From Octopus vulgaris (Eukaryota): DNA of 64,000 nt. The notes under the pieces were generated by a model. It was not told the DNA's origin. It saw nothing but the letters and a program-made list of their open reading frames with translations, and did no database searches. The DNA lies in NCBI GenBank assembly GCA_951406725.2, contig OX597832.1, forward strand, positions 3,472,001 through 3,536,000, written 5' to 3'. Each line of letters opens with the position of its first letter. The stretch's first letter is position 1. This document shows positions 20,255 through 33,963 of the stretch, one piece after another. The position numbers and the translations under genes were made by a program.

Positions 20255-21128
20255 CCCTAAGGCCTTCAAAAAAGAAAGACTAAACAATAACTAGGGTGTA
20301 TATAGAAACACATTCACAGTTGCCAAATGAATTTTTCCTTAAAGCATTAAGGTTAGTATCTTTTAACATGTCAGAGACTACACTGTTCAAGATGTCCTTC
20401 TTTCAAGATTGTAGGAAGATTTTGGTGTTTTTTCTCACAATGTGGTTAACTGCTCAGCAGTTCATGTTTGTCTCTGCCAGCATGAGTTCATGAAAATTTC
20501 TGTAGGCATTTGTGGACATTACTCACTGTGTGTATATTTGTGTTACTGCTTGTCTATTGATTAATGGTACTGTGTGATTTGAAGGAAATTGGGCTGCTAT
20601 TTCTACAAGATTGATCTATTATGTGGTAGTTCCTTTAGTTGTTGACATTTAAGCATGAATGTTGGTTTTACTATACATATATATATTGGTCAGTAATTCA
20701 TACATCCAAAAAAGAAGCACACTCTAAAACATTAAAACAGTAGTATATTTAGGAAGTTGTTTGTTATGGCTGGTCAGAGAGTGACCATTGATTTCACACC
20801 TATAAAACGCTTAACTGCATAGGCAACTTGTCAAACTCACCTCCTGATAAGTTGCCTATAACTCCTGAGAATTATGGTCATTGATCAATACTTAAACTTT
20901 GAAATTTTAATTGTTTGTTTCACGTTTTTAATTATATTATATCAATAAATATGATTTAATTCTATTCAGAAGCCAATGATATTAAATGTTACCATAATTT
21001 GAATAGGATAACATAACATTAAATTTGTTTCTGAGAATATAAACTATATTAAGATTAGCAATGATTACTAACTTCACTTTAACACTTTATCATGTACTCA
21101 ATAATTTGATTTTGATTATTAATTTCAG

Positions 21129-21191
21129 GGTCTTTTAGGACTGGAAGGAAGCAAAGGAGATATGGGTGCACCTGGCTGCAATGGAACAAGG
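21129..21191 (+). CDS. Internal 63-bp exon of a type IV collagen alpha chain (7S domain)
   Basis: tttcag|GGT CTT TTA GGA...GGC TGC AAT GGA ACA AGG|gttagt, phase 0/0, seven Gly-X-Y triplets GLLGLEGSKGDMGAPGCNGTR. PGCNGT(K/R)G is the conserved Cys/N-glycosylation motif of the collagen IV 7S domain. The alpha-chain paralog cannot be assigned. Confidence 0.88.
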
Positions 21192-24100
21192 GTTAGTCAA
21201 ATTTTCCTATTTATTTGAATTATGAAGCATGGTATCTAATTTTGACATTATATTTGATAATCCTTTATTTGAAATCCTGACCTCCCAAAATTTCCAAAAT
21301 ATAAAGTTTTCTTGTGAAGAGAAATGGTACAAATGGAGTAATTTTCTCCCATCACCTTTTGTTTTCTTATTAAGTGGTGGATATTATGAGTCTGAAGCAC
21401 AAAGTGTTAAAATCAAAAGAAATGTCTAGCAGTTTCATGTAGATGAAAGTCTGAAGTGAATTTAAAATTGATTTGGTGAAGAGTGAAATACTCATCTGCA
21501 AAAAAAAAAAAAAGAAAATGTTAAAATTTGATACTAGTCCAGTTTTTCCATATAATAAAATGGTGTAAAACAATGTAATCTTCTCTTCAGGGAAGTAAAG
21601 AAATGAAACTCGTCAATAAGACATTTTAACAGAAAATGATGGCTATGTATAGTGATTAACTGAACGCTATTAATATTGTTTGAAAAAAACGTTATATTAT
21701 TCCTTTGGAATAATATCAGTGATATCTTCGAAACATGTGTCGGAAGTAAAAGAATTTGTATTACACCTGCATTAAACTCCATTTATTTATTTATATATGC
21801 ATATATATATATATATAGACATATTGTTAGCATTGTTAATTAACTAGATAGAGAACAGGGGAGAGAGAGAGAGAGAGCATTTAAAAAAAAAAAATTGATT
21901 TCTTAGATGCAGCAGATCCTCAAGTTCATTTCGTTACACTCCAAAGAATTTGAAGAGTTTGTTAGTGGCAGGTGTCAACAATCAAAAGCAGAGCGGTGAC
22001 TTGAAAGCAATTTCTCAAATTGGAACTGAAACCACATTCCAGAAGCTTCTCACCATTCTATGACACATTTACTAATTTACTAGTTTTTAAAAATGTCAGC
22101 TACTTCACTGTTAATATGAAATCTATTACATCTGTTCTAAAGACTTAATTTATAGATCAGAGGTTGGTAAATATAAGATGGCAAAAATATTAAAGTATAG
22201 GGTATCATATTTTGATGGAAACATAAGCCTTTATGTGTGCAATGTTGCCAAGATTATAAAACAAAAATTAGCTATTTAATTGTTTGTGATAGTCTCTAAC
22301 CTAGAAATAATGGTATTAAGTTGTGTAATTAATTTTGGCTAATGAGTACAATAAGTTTCTCATGTTTGCTTGCTTGTCAGTTAGACGCCATATTTTTTGG
22401 TCTCCTTAATGATTAGTGATTACTTTTTAAGGACCCAAGAGAAAAAAGTGTATATTTATGAATAAAGATTAGAGCTTAGTAAATATAAGATGGCAAAAAT
22501 ATTAAAGTTTAGTGTTATTCATAATCTTATTGCTTAAGTTTTGAAGATTAAATTATCTAAAAGAACATTTAAAGTTTTAGTCGAGAAGGTTTCAATAATG
22601 ATTGTAGTTCAGTTCAATTGATTACAGATAAAAAAATATTAATCTGTATGATAGATTTATTTGATAAAATATAGGACAGAATTTCAGTTTCATTTGACAA
22701 GACATAGGACAGAAGTTTGTTTGAATTAAAATATATTTTATACAGAAATTCACATTTCCTTTTCCTGAAGAATTTGCAGCTTGATCTCTATATAGTTGAT
22801 AATTCATAAAGGAAAAGACATCTTAATACCAACAACATTGTTACACACTGATCAAAGGTGAATAAATTATTGCATTATTCTCACCACTATGATATGCTTC
22901 TGGTGGATCTGCAACTTTGTATATCATTATCAGTGTAACAAATAACTACAGAAAAAATAGCACAAAATTAAATATAAGCAGTGCTAGGTGTTTAAAAGCA
23001 GGTAAATACAGGTAACCATTCACTGAATAACCAGACAGTGAGTTGCTATCAAAATGTAAAACAAGTTTTGAAATAGCTTATTTGAACAACATGTTAGCTT
23101 ATAAGAATGCATTTTTTGGAGGGTGGCGAGTAGCTGTTGATTATGTCATGTTTCTGTCTGCACCATATTACTAACAGACTATTCCACTGTATCAGATGGT
23201 ATATTTCTCTGTACATTCATACATTTAAGTAGGATTGAACTCAATGCTCTTACCAGAAGCCTACTGTTTAAGAGAATTGAATTTTACATTAGTAATAAAA
23301 ACTTTAGCTTTTGTTTTAAGATATATTATATATTAAATAAGTTCCGGGTTTGATTTGTTGGACTATAATTCTTCAAGGTGGTACCCCAGCATGAGCATAG
23401 TCTAATGATTGAAATAAGTAAAAGATAAAAGATATATACAAATTTGGTGTAAGAAGTAGCTCAGTAATGTAAACATTATTGATAACACATACTGAATGAT
23501 GTATGTGATATTGATAATATATATCAACTAAAAGTTAATATAGTCAGAAACACAAGAGGAGACTGATGGTTTAAAGCAAAGAAAGCTATCCTGCAATAAT
23601 AACTTATCTAAAAATGTAGACTTGCAATCATAAGAGACTTTGTTTAAAATCTGGCAGTTTTTCATCTTTGATGTTGGTTTTATTTAGTGAGTGTTATGTA
23701 GTCAATTTGTTAAATATTACTTTAAATACTAACTTAACTCAATTTATCATCATTTAATGCTATCATAAATTGTTTGGTTATCAATAGCTTAAATAAACAT
23801 TGGAATACTGGGTATGTTAAAGAAATAAGTAAATATCATATAAATATTATCATAATGCCAGCTGAATACAAGCTTTATTACTGTGCAATATGGCATTGTT
23901 ATCATTGCTTTTTCCCAAACTACAACTGAAATTTTACTGAAAACATATTTTTCACATTACTTTCATATATTCCATCTGCTTCATATTATGTTTATTAGTA
24001 CCTTCTTCAATACTATGAATATTAATGACTTTATTTGGTTAATGAGAGATTAGGTAGGAGGCTAATTTCAAGTTTGGAGAATTCTTTATTTGCCTGCATC

Positions 24101-24929
24101 TGCCAACCATTCTAAATTTCAAGATGCTTCCATTATCTCATGATGTTAGAACGAGAAGTCTTCAGGCTGGAGGAAAATAAATCTTGTATCAATAATGTAT
24201 GCAAATGTTTCAATTATAAGATCCATTCCATAAGTCTTTGAAGTAATGACATGATATTAAAGGTATAACACACATAGACTTGATAACTCCCGTGATAAAT
24301 ACTATTAACTTTTCCCTTAAAGCTAAGTTTAAGGAGTTCTTTATCAGTATAAGTATTTCCCTTTTCCTTCCACAAATATCAACAATGCAGAGTTTTTTAA
24401 AAACATTTATTTCCGACTTTCTTGGAAAGAAACACATTCCTAAATGAAAATCTAAACTCATTGGTGAAATTTGATTACAATAAATTAATTATCAGTGATA
24501 CCTACAAGATTAAGAAAGTTGCCGTTTAAAAACATCTTTTGAGAGTCTTTTATTTTAAATATTCCTATGCTTAAAATCTTTCAGTTATCCTCCTATCATC
24601 TATTAATTCAAACTTAGAGAACAATAAAAATTAAATGCAAAATACTTGTAGTAAAAAGGAAAATAGAAAAGAAATTATATTAGTCAGTCATTGATTGCAG
24701 TTGATTTATTTAGAAAAATCTTGTGTATGCTTGAATATATACATGGGTATGTTTAAGTTTGGCTCAAGTATTAGAATTAAATACAGATTGAATATTTAAA
24801 CTATTCTGGGGGAAAATATAGCAGACCAAGCAAGATATTTCAGGCAAATTTAAAATGGATGACTGACATAATGAAAACCATCAGAAAAATATAATTATTT
24901 ATTGGTTAAAAGAATGTCTATGATAATGG

Positions 24930-25140
24930 GCAAAGAATCTGTCTGAAATGTCTTTGTTTCAAGCAATTTTGAAAACAATGAAGAATTTAGTAAAATGATT
25001 ATAATTATTAAGCAGATGTTTGGAAATTAAATTAGCATGAAATCTAAATGATAGGTTTTAATTTAAAATACTTCAAAATAAGAAGTTTGTAACATAGAAC
25101 TAGGAATGGTTTCAGGTGGGTTGGTATCAGAAAGGGTTAA
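24930..25140. mobile_element. piggyBac-type MITE, one end only
   Basis: Ends ...gttggtatcagaaaggg|ttaa. The other end was not found and the left boundary is approximate. Confidence 0.45.
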
Positions 25141-25769
25141 AGATTAGTTTTCTTTTTTCCCTTTTTTTTTTAGTATTTTGATTTGTTGTGCTTCTAGAGA
25201 TGCTGGAACACTACTTTAAGATAAATAGGTTCTGTCTAGAAGAATAAAACACCTTTTAAGAGATTTCTTGTCTCTGGGAAAGTTAAAGGTTTTTGTATCA
25301 CATTTTCAACTTGGTTTCACTATTCTTCTGAATATAGATATGTTAGATATATTAAATATAATTTAAAGTTGAAATTATATTTAATATCTCTAGTTTGCAA
25401 ATAAATTAGTTCCATTGGCACCTGATATTATATTTACTTGTCTTGAACTCAGCTTAATATGTTCTTATTTTTTCTAGCTTAAAAACTATGCCTTCAGGAT
25501 AAAAATATTTTTAAAATAATCATTTCATTGCAGGACAAAGCTAATTTTGTTTACCTATACTATTTATTTTATTGACCTGGGATGAATGGAAGACAATGTT
25601 AATACCTTTGTGGAATTCTGATCAATGTATAAAATCAAGATTTTTCTGCTTCATTAGCTTCCATTTTTGTATGGAACATTGTTAATGTTTCTTAATATGT
25701 ATATATATTTGCAAATCTATGCATACATATAGTGTGTATGTGTAGGATGAGGATATAGATAGTTGGAAA

Positions 25770-25945
25770 AGCCCAGAGGGCGCCCTAGAAGTGGTAAATA
25801 GTTTCTCTTATCCAGCTGATTTAATTAGCAGTGGAGGAGGATGCTATATAGTTGCTAGAATAGAAACTGGCTGGAGAAAGTTCAGAAAGCTTTTACCACT
25901 CTTGGTAACAAAAGGCCTCTCTCTCAGAATGAAAGGCAGATTGCA
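25770..25945 (+). mobile_element. RTE LINE fragment (post-RT region)
   Basis: LEVVNSFSYPADLISSGGGC..VARIETGWRKFRKLLPLLVTKGLSLRMKGRL resembles the RTE V..F.YLG....G...ARI..GW.KF..L segment. Confidence 0.85.
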
Positions 25946-26039
25946 CCAAGACACCTGCTCCTCTCCCTCTACCATAGATTCTTATTCCTCCAGACCATTC
26001 CCCACTCAGTTGCTGGGGTTTTATCTTGTGGGTACTTGA

Positions 26040-26240
26040 TAACCTCACTGGTATCAGTGCAATGTAAAAATCACCAAGTAAACTGTGTTAAGTGGTTGGC
26101 ATTAGGAAGGGCATCCAATAATAGAAACAATGCCAAAACAGACATAGAACTAGGTGGAGGAGGGATTTTTGCTCTTCTGTTCTTGTCAAAACCATCCAAC
26201 CAAAGCCAGCCTGAAAAGGGGGCCTTAAATGCAGCTGCTG

Positions 26241-26243
<3 letters not shown>
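26040..26243 (+). mobile_element. RTE-tail SINE/LINE 3' fragment
   Basis: gtggttggcattaggaagggcatcca...ccatccaacc matches 41000-41150. Confidence 0.7.
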
Positions 26244-26286
<43 letters not shown>

Positions 26287-27559
26287 AAACATCATATACA
26301 TATTTTTAATAAATACATATTTAGCCATTGCTGTGTGTGTGTGTGTGTGTAAACATATATTTTTTATAATAAATGTCAAGCGGAGCTTTTAATAGCTTTG
26401 TACTTGCTTTCATTAATCCAATTTCTATAACAATAGACATTTGTCCCTAGCTTGTAAAGTTGGATAATGATTTCTTATCAAAGTATTTTATACTTAATTT
26501 CTTATTCCAAACACTCTTCATTTGAAGATTCATTTTATTTATGGCAACAACAAAGTAGAAATTTTCCTAGCACTATGAAAAAGATGTTTCAGCTAGCTTC
26601 TCATAACTGTTGTCATTACCTTTCTATACAGGAAAAGTGAGTAGTAAGCAAGTAATATATATCTTGCCTAGGAAAACATAAAACATATGACCATATTAAC
26701 AGTAGGTCAACACTTTAACCTTGCAACTATTGTAATTCTTGTTGAAGTAAAACAAAAAAAAAAAAGAAAAAGAAAAAGAAAAAAGATTTGCCTTATAGTA
26801 TTGAGCTCAGTTTCATCTAATAGTGTAGATGAATTATTTTATCAAGATACTTACTGATTATATTGTGTAGAGTTATCTACCTCTGAGTAGTTGTCATTAA
26901 ATAATTGCTACTTTATATTTTCATGTTTACATCATAACCAATCTTTCTTGGGTAATAGTATGTTTCAGCTGTATGCCTCATAGCCAATGTTTTCTTTCAA
27001 ATAATATTTTACAAGTGGGATAAATGTAGCATGTAACTGGCTGAGACAGTAGAATGGCAAATTTGATAATTTATGGCATCTGTTTTCATATATTACAGTG
27101 TTGAGTTCACATCCTGCCTAGAATGACATTTCTTTTGGGATTTATGAAATAAATAAAACTTGTTTTTTAATGAACTATACCTCTCACGTTTCTTCTTATG
27201 GCTAAACTTTGGTGAACATCCTTGCATGTGGATAGAATTTTTCCAATGCAATTTAGTGAGTAGAAAAATTTCAATTAACTATCTATGCAATTTGTAGACA
27301 AAAGCTCCCTTTAAAAGTGTCTAAAATCCAAAAACTTCAAACAAAGGAAACAGTTCCAATAAAATCAGCCAACTAATTTTTAGAAGATTAAGATGATGCA
27401 GAGGATCCTGGCTTTAATGTTAGCTACTGTAAACAATGGACATGTATTGTATTCTACTCAGTTGGTATGACACAGAGGTGATCCATGACCAATACAAAGA
27501 GAAATGGTGAGATTCTAGTGATTTTGATGATAAATGTCAATAATTGGCTGAAGGAAAGA

Positions 27560-27712
27560 GATTTTGAGTTCAAATTCTGCTGAGGTCAACTTTAAATTTC
27601 AACCTTTCCGGGTTGGTAACATAAGTACCAGTCAAACACTGGAGTTGATGTAATCAACTTAACCTTTCGGCCAAACTTGCTGGTCTTGTGCCAAAATTTG
27701 AAACCAATATTA
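27560..27712 (+). mobile_element. Degenerate SINE fragment (family of 39747)
   Basis: gagttcaaattctgctgaggtcaacttt...taagtaccagt...gtgccaaaatttgaaacc. Confidence 0.75.
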
Positions 27713-27947
27713 TAAAGTAGAAAGTAATTCTTATTTCTGGCATGCACAGGAAAACAGAAATTGCCATGCAGTTCCCATCTTTGCTGAAGCCATTTCATTT
27801 CATTTACACCATTAATGTTCTGGGAAATGAACTGAAATTTTAATTCTAATTTCCTCTTTCCTTATAATATTGGATATCATAAGCCTAGTCAAAAAGTAAT
27901 AGCTCACAGTATGCTCTAAATAAACCAGCAAGATTTCAGCAACTGCA

Positions 27948-27984
<37 letters not shown>

Positions 27985-28256
27985 TTCTTTGAATAATTTG
28001 TTTTGTGGAAACATTATCTACAAAAGAGTTGATTCAGAAAGAAGTTTCTGTGTGTGTGTATATATATACATACATATATGTATATATATATACATACATG
28101 TATGCATATATATATACATACATATATATATGCACATATATATATACATACATATATATATGCACATATATATATACATACATACATATATATATATACA
28201 TATATATACATATATATATATATGCTATTACATACATATACACACACATATATATG

Positions 28257-28495
28257 TATCATCATCATCATCATCATCGTTTAACGTCCGCTTTCCATGC
28301 TAGCATGGGTTGGACAATTTGACTGAGGACTGGTGAACCAGATGACTGCACCAGACTCCAGTCTTGATCTGGTAGAGTTTCTACAGCTGGATGCCCTTCC
28401 TGAAGCCAACCACTCCGAGAGTGTAGTGGGTGATTTTATGTGCCACGGGCGCGGGGGCCAGTCAGGCGGTGCTGGCAACAACCTCGCTTGAATCT
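28257..28495 (-). mobile_element. RTE-tail SINE with (GAT)n tail
   Basis: catcatcatcgtttaacgtccgctttccatgctagcatggg...ggatgcccttcctgaagccaacc. Other copies at 36190-36330 (-), 40738-40783 (-) and 41000-41150 (+). Confidence 0.85.
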
Positions 28496-28566
28496 TTATA
28501 TATACACACACACACATATATATACATATATATACACATATATACATATATATATATTTACATATT

Positions 28567-28603
<37 letters not shown>

Positions 28604-28608
28604 ATATA

Positions 28609-28640
<32 letters not shown>

Positions 28641-29178
28641 ATGAGGGAATATTACAGGAAAAAATTCAATTTAGAAAAACTAAATCAAATTTCCCAAAAT
28701 ATAATATATATATATATATAAATTAGAAAAAAACCACCTTTTATCAATTCAATAATGAAAAATTAAGTTATACCATTTAGAAAAATTACATATTATAAAA
28801 AGATTAAATATAAGTTAAAACATATAACGATGATTAAGTAATGTGCAAAATAATAAATAAAACATATATATTTGGTAGAATAACGACACGTGTTTCGTGG
28901 CTATATTTATATATATATACATCTATATATATATATACACATATATCTGTATATATAAAAAATACAAAATGGGACAAGAATGCAAAACATCCAGACAGTT
29001 AGGTGATACAAAAAAGGGGGAAACAAAACATGCAGATAAAGGATACTAAGAAAACAAGGATGGGTCATTCAGAGTTTTCTTTCCTCAGTCGAGTTCCAGA
29101 TTTTCTTTGCAATTTTGGCTGGTTATACTCGAGATTGCTCCAATCTGTTGTTTACACAGTTGGTGACATCCTGTACCC

Positions 29179-29211
<33 letters not shown>

Positions 29212-29347
29212 TCAACTTACAAAGTTTGCTTTAGAAGCGTTGAGATGTATTGAAAGATACAGAAATAATTTATTCTCAAATGCATAATGTTAATTCAATA
29301 GCATGAACAGGATAAACTATCCATATATTGCAGAAAAAAATCGTTAC

Positions 29348-29422
29348 TGGCCAGTCATGAGACTTGAACTCACATCCCTGTGATTATGCATCAAGTGCAT
29401 TACTTCTAAGCTAAACGAATTG
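29348..29422 (-). pseudogene. tRNA-like relic (tRNA pseudogene or SINE head) with CAT in the anticodon loop
   Basis: Minus strand shows an A-box-like tagcttagaagta, tgatgCATaatca, B-box gagttcaagtc with T-stem gtgag/ctcat, and ends ...ggcca. The acceptor stem does not pair well. Confidence 0.55.
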
Positions 29423-31789
29423 TTCTGCAATTCTATCAAATTGAGAGAATTATGCTTGGAAGCATAGTCCTTACTTTGAACAGTATTAATTGTTAGTATG
29501 TATCAAGAGAAAATATGAAATATGTAGAAGAATAATCTTAACTCTCAATATGTTATTTGTTAATGTATTTAATTTCAAAAACTGACTTTTTACTCATGAA
29601 TGCTAATCTCCTATTATTTCTGGTTCTTCTAGAACAGAAATAATAGCTGGTAAAAGGTTTATTAATCAAGAGAACAATTTTAATCACTTTAGTTCTCATA
29701 TAGTACTGAGTACAAATCCTAAATAAAACATTGTTTTATTTAGGCAAATGTTAGCAGTGAAGAAATGTGATGTTGCAATAGTCATCCCATTTCTAAGGGC
29801 ATCAGTAACATAAGTAAAGAGAATTTGGTTGAAGCAAGTATTCTTGAATTCATGGAATACAATGTAGAATCTGGCAATGCAGAATTTTTATTAAAGTGGA
29901 TGGAACAAAATGTGAAATTACATTTTGTCCAGTGTGCTACTATTCCCACCATCTCCACTGCCCTTATAGCAATACTATAAATATTGATGTAAGCTAGTCA
30001 ACAAATAGTAGCCTGTGTAAGCAATATTAATATAGGTAATTTAGTAAAAAAAAACCCCCAAATCTCTTGTTCCATAGAAATATGTTGCTTTGAAGTTATG
30101 TCATATAACAGTGGGTTACCATTAATGTTCGCAACAATGAAGTTCGAGTCATGCTAATTAGTAGTATAGAGAGAAATGTTGATATAAAATACCAGATACA
30201 TGGCAGAGAAATGCATTTCATACAATAAAAAACACTGTATTCAATATTTGTTATTAATTTTACTTGGTTTTTCTTTTATGAAAAATGTTAATTAATTAAA
30301 CATAATGTAGTTATATGTTAAAATCCCTTATCTGAAAATTTGTCGGAAACTGGCAAACATAATTTTTATCATAATTTTCTCAGATGCTTTTAAATACTTA
30401 ATACTTGGTGGTGAAAGGTGGGAAATGAAAACATTTTCTTACTTTGATTACACGTTTTCTTTTTAGATTTTATTTTAATTACAATAATAAAAAAAAAAAA
30501 ACTTGATATTTTCATCATCTACTTATGTCTTGATGCTTTTCATAACTTTAAAATGTAGAATTTCAACTTGTTTATCACTCTTCATGGTGTGTTCTATAAA
30601 ATTCCAGCAAAGTTCTTTTTAAGCCTTTTGTTTCTATTTATATTTATTTTTTTGCTATCTACCAGAAAATCTTAAAAGAAAAAGAAAAAAACCCAACAAA
30701 TTTTTGTCAGCTCTTCTTATCTTCATCTTCGTAGATACCATTTAAAAACTTTTGAGCATTTACTCCTACCTATTCTGACCTACATTTGTCTCATATTAGT
30801 TTGGTAGTCTGTTAGTCGCAATAGTCAGCAGTGACCCTTTATCTCAGACACCATCCAGAAAAAAGATTACTTTACCTAGTTGTTTATCAGATAGTAGACT
30901 TCAATCAGTACCATGTTGCCCAAGTTGTATGTTGAAAAATGATGACTGTTCATCTCAGCATTTCTTTATTTTTATAGTTAAAGAATTTTGATGTAATGCT
31001 GACAAGCCATTTTAAACTTAGACAAATGTTATAGTTTATCAGTCTTTTAATTTGTATCTTACTCATTATACATGTCTAATTTATTAAGCACCATCTACTA
31101 TGTCAGTTAAATAGTAAACTTAGGTTCTTGTTCCTAATATGAATATGTAATTATATGTTTGTGGTGACCATTTGCTTAAAGTCTTTGCTTGCTAACATAG
31201 GGTTGATCCTATGAGACACTTTGGGTGTTTACTATGATTGGTATGATTGAACATATATTAGCTGTGAACTAAGTGAAACAAACTAAAATCAAGTGCAAAA
31301 GCAAATCATTAATAATCAGCAATGATTAAAAATTGTCAATAAACAGAAATTGATTTACATTTTTGTGAAACCACCACATTCGTTTTGTAAATCCCAGGGA
31401 TGTAACAGTACAATTGGAGGTGGAATCTCATAAAAAGTAAATATTGGCCCATACATAGAATTTCAGATAATCTCTCAACTTATTTTACATGAGTTTACCT
31501 GGTGTCTCAAATGTATTAATCATTATTATATAATGTATTAAACATTAGTAGAGAATAAATTTCAGTTTATTCATTTTTAATGAAAGATAAAATGAAATGT
31601 AAAATTAAATGAATCAGTTGACTTTTACCAGAATCAGTTTCTCACATCGTTTCATTATACTGCCAATTATTTACAATAACAGTTTTCTTTTATTTGAATT
31701 CATAGTACTTTCTTTCAGTTTGTTTTACTGTGATGTTCATCATTAAATGTTTGTAAATTGAAAGATTGAAGATTCAGCATGATCGATAT

Positions 31790-31995
31790 TTTCTGAGTTG
31801 TGGAGGACAAACAGAGACACAAAGACACGCATACATATATATACGATGGGCTGCATTCAGTTTCCATCTACCAACTCCACTCACAAGGCATGAGACTATG
31901 GTAGAAGATACTTGCCCAAGGTACTACACAGTGGGACTGAATCTGGAGCCATGTGGTTAGGAAGCAAGCTTCTTACCACACAGCTGCTTGTGCCT
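31790..31995 (-). mobile_element. tRNA-derived SINE (family of 46579), degenerate
   Basis: Reverse complement matches the head of 46579-46962 (gctgtgtggtaag.agcttgctt...cagtcccactg.gt..taccttgggcaagtatcttcta). Confidence 0.8.
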
Positions 31996-33054
31996 AAAAA
32001 TACTTAACTTTCTAGGTTCTACCGAGAGCAGTCCTACATATTTTAAGTAAAAGATGGAATGATCATAGCTCAAAATATCTTTGACCATAGCTCTGACTAG
32101 AGGCTAAACAAAAGGTTCCAAGGACAGGGAGGAAAATGTCAGCAATGTTATTGATGAAGAAATGTGTTGCTTCATCTGTTAACACAATAGAAACTGGTGT
32201 TACATCCCAATCTAGTGATGCATGAAGAACAAAAGGATATTTTTGACTGTATCGTCAGGTTAAAGAAAGAATAAAAAATGCAGGGGAGACAACTCAGAAA
32301 ATTAAATTCAAATGAATTAAATATGAAAGGGGTGTAAGTCTGATCTTTAGGAATATAGTGTCAATTTCTGATATTTCGGTCTTAATAGATACCAGAATGA
32401 CTAGGGAAGTATTTTTATGAATAAAGACAGGGAGGTGTTTTAATTTAAAAGAATGATCAAGAAAAATACTCAGGCGTGCCCACTGCATAGAAACTTAACA
32501 GTAAGGTTGGCACTAGTATTATTTTATCTAATAAGGTAAGAAATTATAATTAACTAAAATTACTCCATTAGTGGTTAGAATAATCGTTTTTAAATGCTTA
32601 ATCTGGTAATAAAGCAGAGGAGGACAACCCCTTTCTAATAAAGTATATTTATAATAAACTATGTAGAACTACATTTATACATAGGTTTTGCTTAAATTAA
32701 CAAGCTCGTATGGTTTTATAAATATTTATTATAAATGATGAAGCTATCTGCTGTCAAATCATAAAAACCCGCACATAATGTTGAACACTTACTTGAATTG
32801 ATGTAAGAAAATGCAGTTTTGTGTAAATATTTATGTTTCTATTTACCTAGTTTAAGAGGGAAATTAGAAGCTCTACTGTCAATGCTCAGGGGGAAATTTC
32901 CTCAAGAAGATAGAATTTAGTAAAGAAATACAGGTGAAATGTGAGTTTTATCTAAACAGATGTTTCATTATAGAGTTGAGGGGAGGGAGAAAAGAAAAAT
33001 GATTGGTGTAATATACAAATTGTTTGCTACTGATGAAAAGATATATATATATAT

Positions 33055-33118
<64 letters not shown>

Positions 33119-33662
33119 CATATGCGTGTGTATAGATGTGTATTTGTTTATGTGTATAGTTAAATTTTGTATCAATTAATAAGTATTTAATTTATAATTT
33201 CTGGGTATTTCTTTGATATATAATCTTAATAGGAAACAGATGGTTACAATAAATTATATATATGATAAATATAGTGTTATATAAGTGTTATATGACAAGT
33301 AGTGAAGTTAAAATATACTATTATGGAAGCTGGAGTATCAACGTCATGATTGCTAGAACATTTATCTTAATGATTGGCAGAAAATTTATTCTCGTATAGT
33401 TAAAATGCATTGAGCACGAGGCAAATTTGCATTTTTAGCTGTATTTTCCTTTGAAAATCCAGAAAAATTAAATCAGTCAGTTTAAGAGGTCAGAAGCGTG
33501 TGTATGGTCAACTGGGTGAGTTACTGAGATGGGAAAGGGAAAGTGAGACATAGTTGGAACAGTATAAGTGTGGAAGCAATAAGCTAAATCTATCTAATGA
33601 TAAATACAATAATGGAGTCACATTTATAGGTTCAGTCAGTCATATGTTGTGTCACTGTAGAA

Positions 33663-33963
33663 GAGTAGTTCTCAACTGGAGTCCGTGCAACAAAATACTA
33701 AATTGGGGATCCATGAGAGTATTTTAAGGGCCTCTGAAAAGGTTTGCTTTAGGTGTATGTATTGCAAGAAACATCTAGGTTTCTTTCTCTTACATTTTAC
33801 ATAATTCAACCAACACAAGTTAATGGGTGAAAAACAAAACAGGAATTTTGACAGAAGTTTCTATAACACTAGTTTTTAAACATTGAATGGCTATGGGTGT
33901 CCATTAGAATAAAATAATAATCAAAGGGGTCCATAGATAAAAAAAAATGGTTGAGAACCCCTA
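33663..33963. mobile_element. hAT (Charlie-like) MITE
   Basis: TIRs (g)AGTAGTTCTCAAC / GTTGAGAACCCCT(a) with perfect 8-bp TSD CTGTAGAA (33655-33662 and 33964-33971). Confidence 0.9.

Noticed and set aside
26632-26636. 5-nt micro-exon cag|GAAAA|gtgagt
   Set aside because: Too short to distinguish from chance and would shift the frame.
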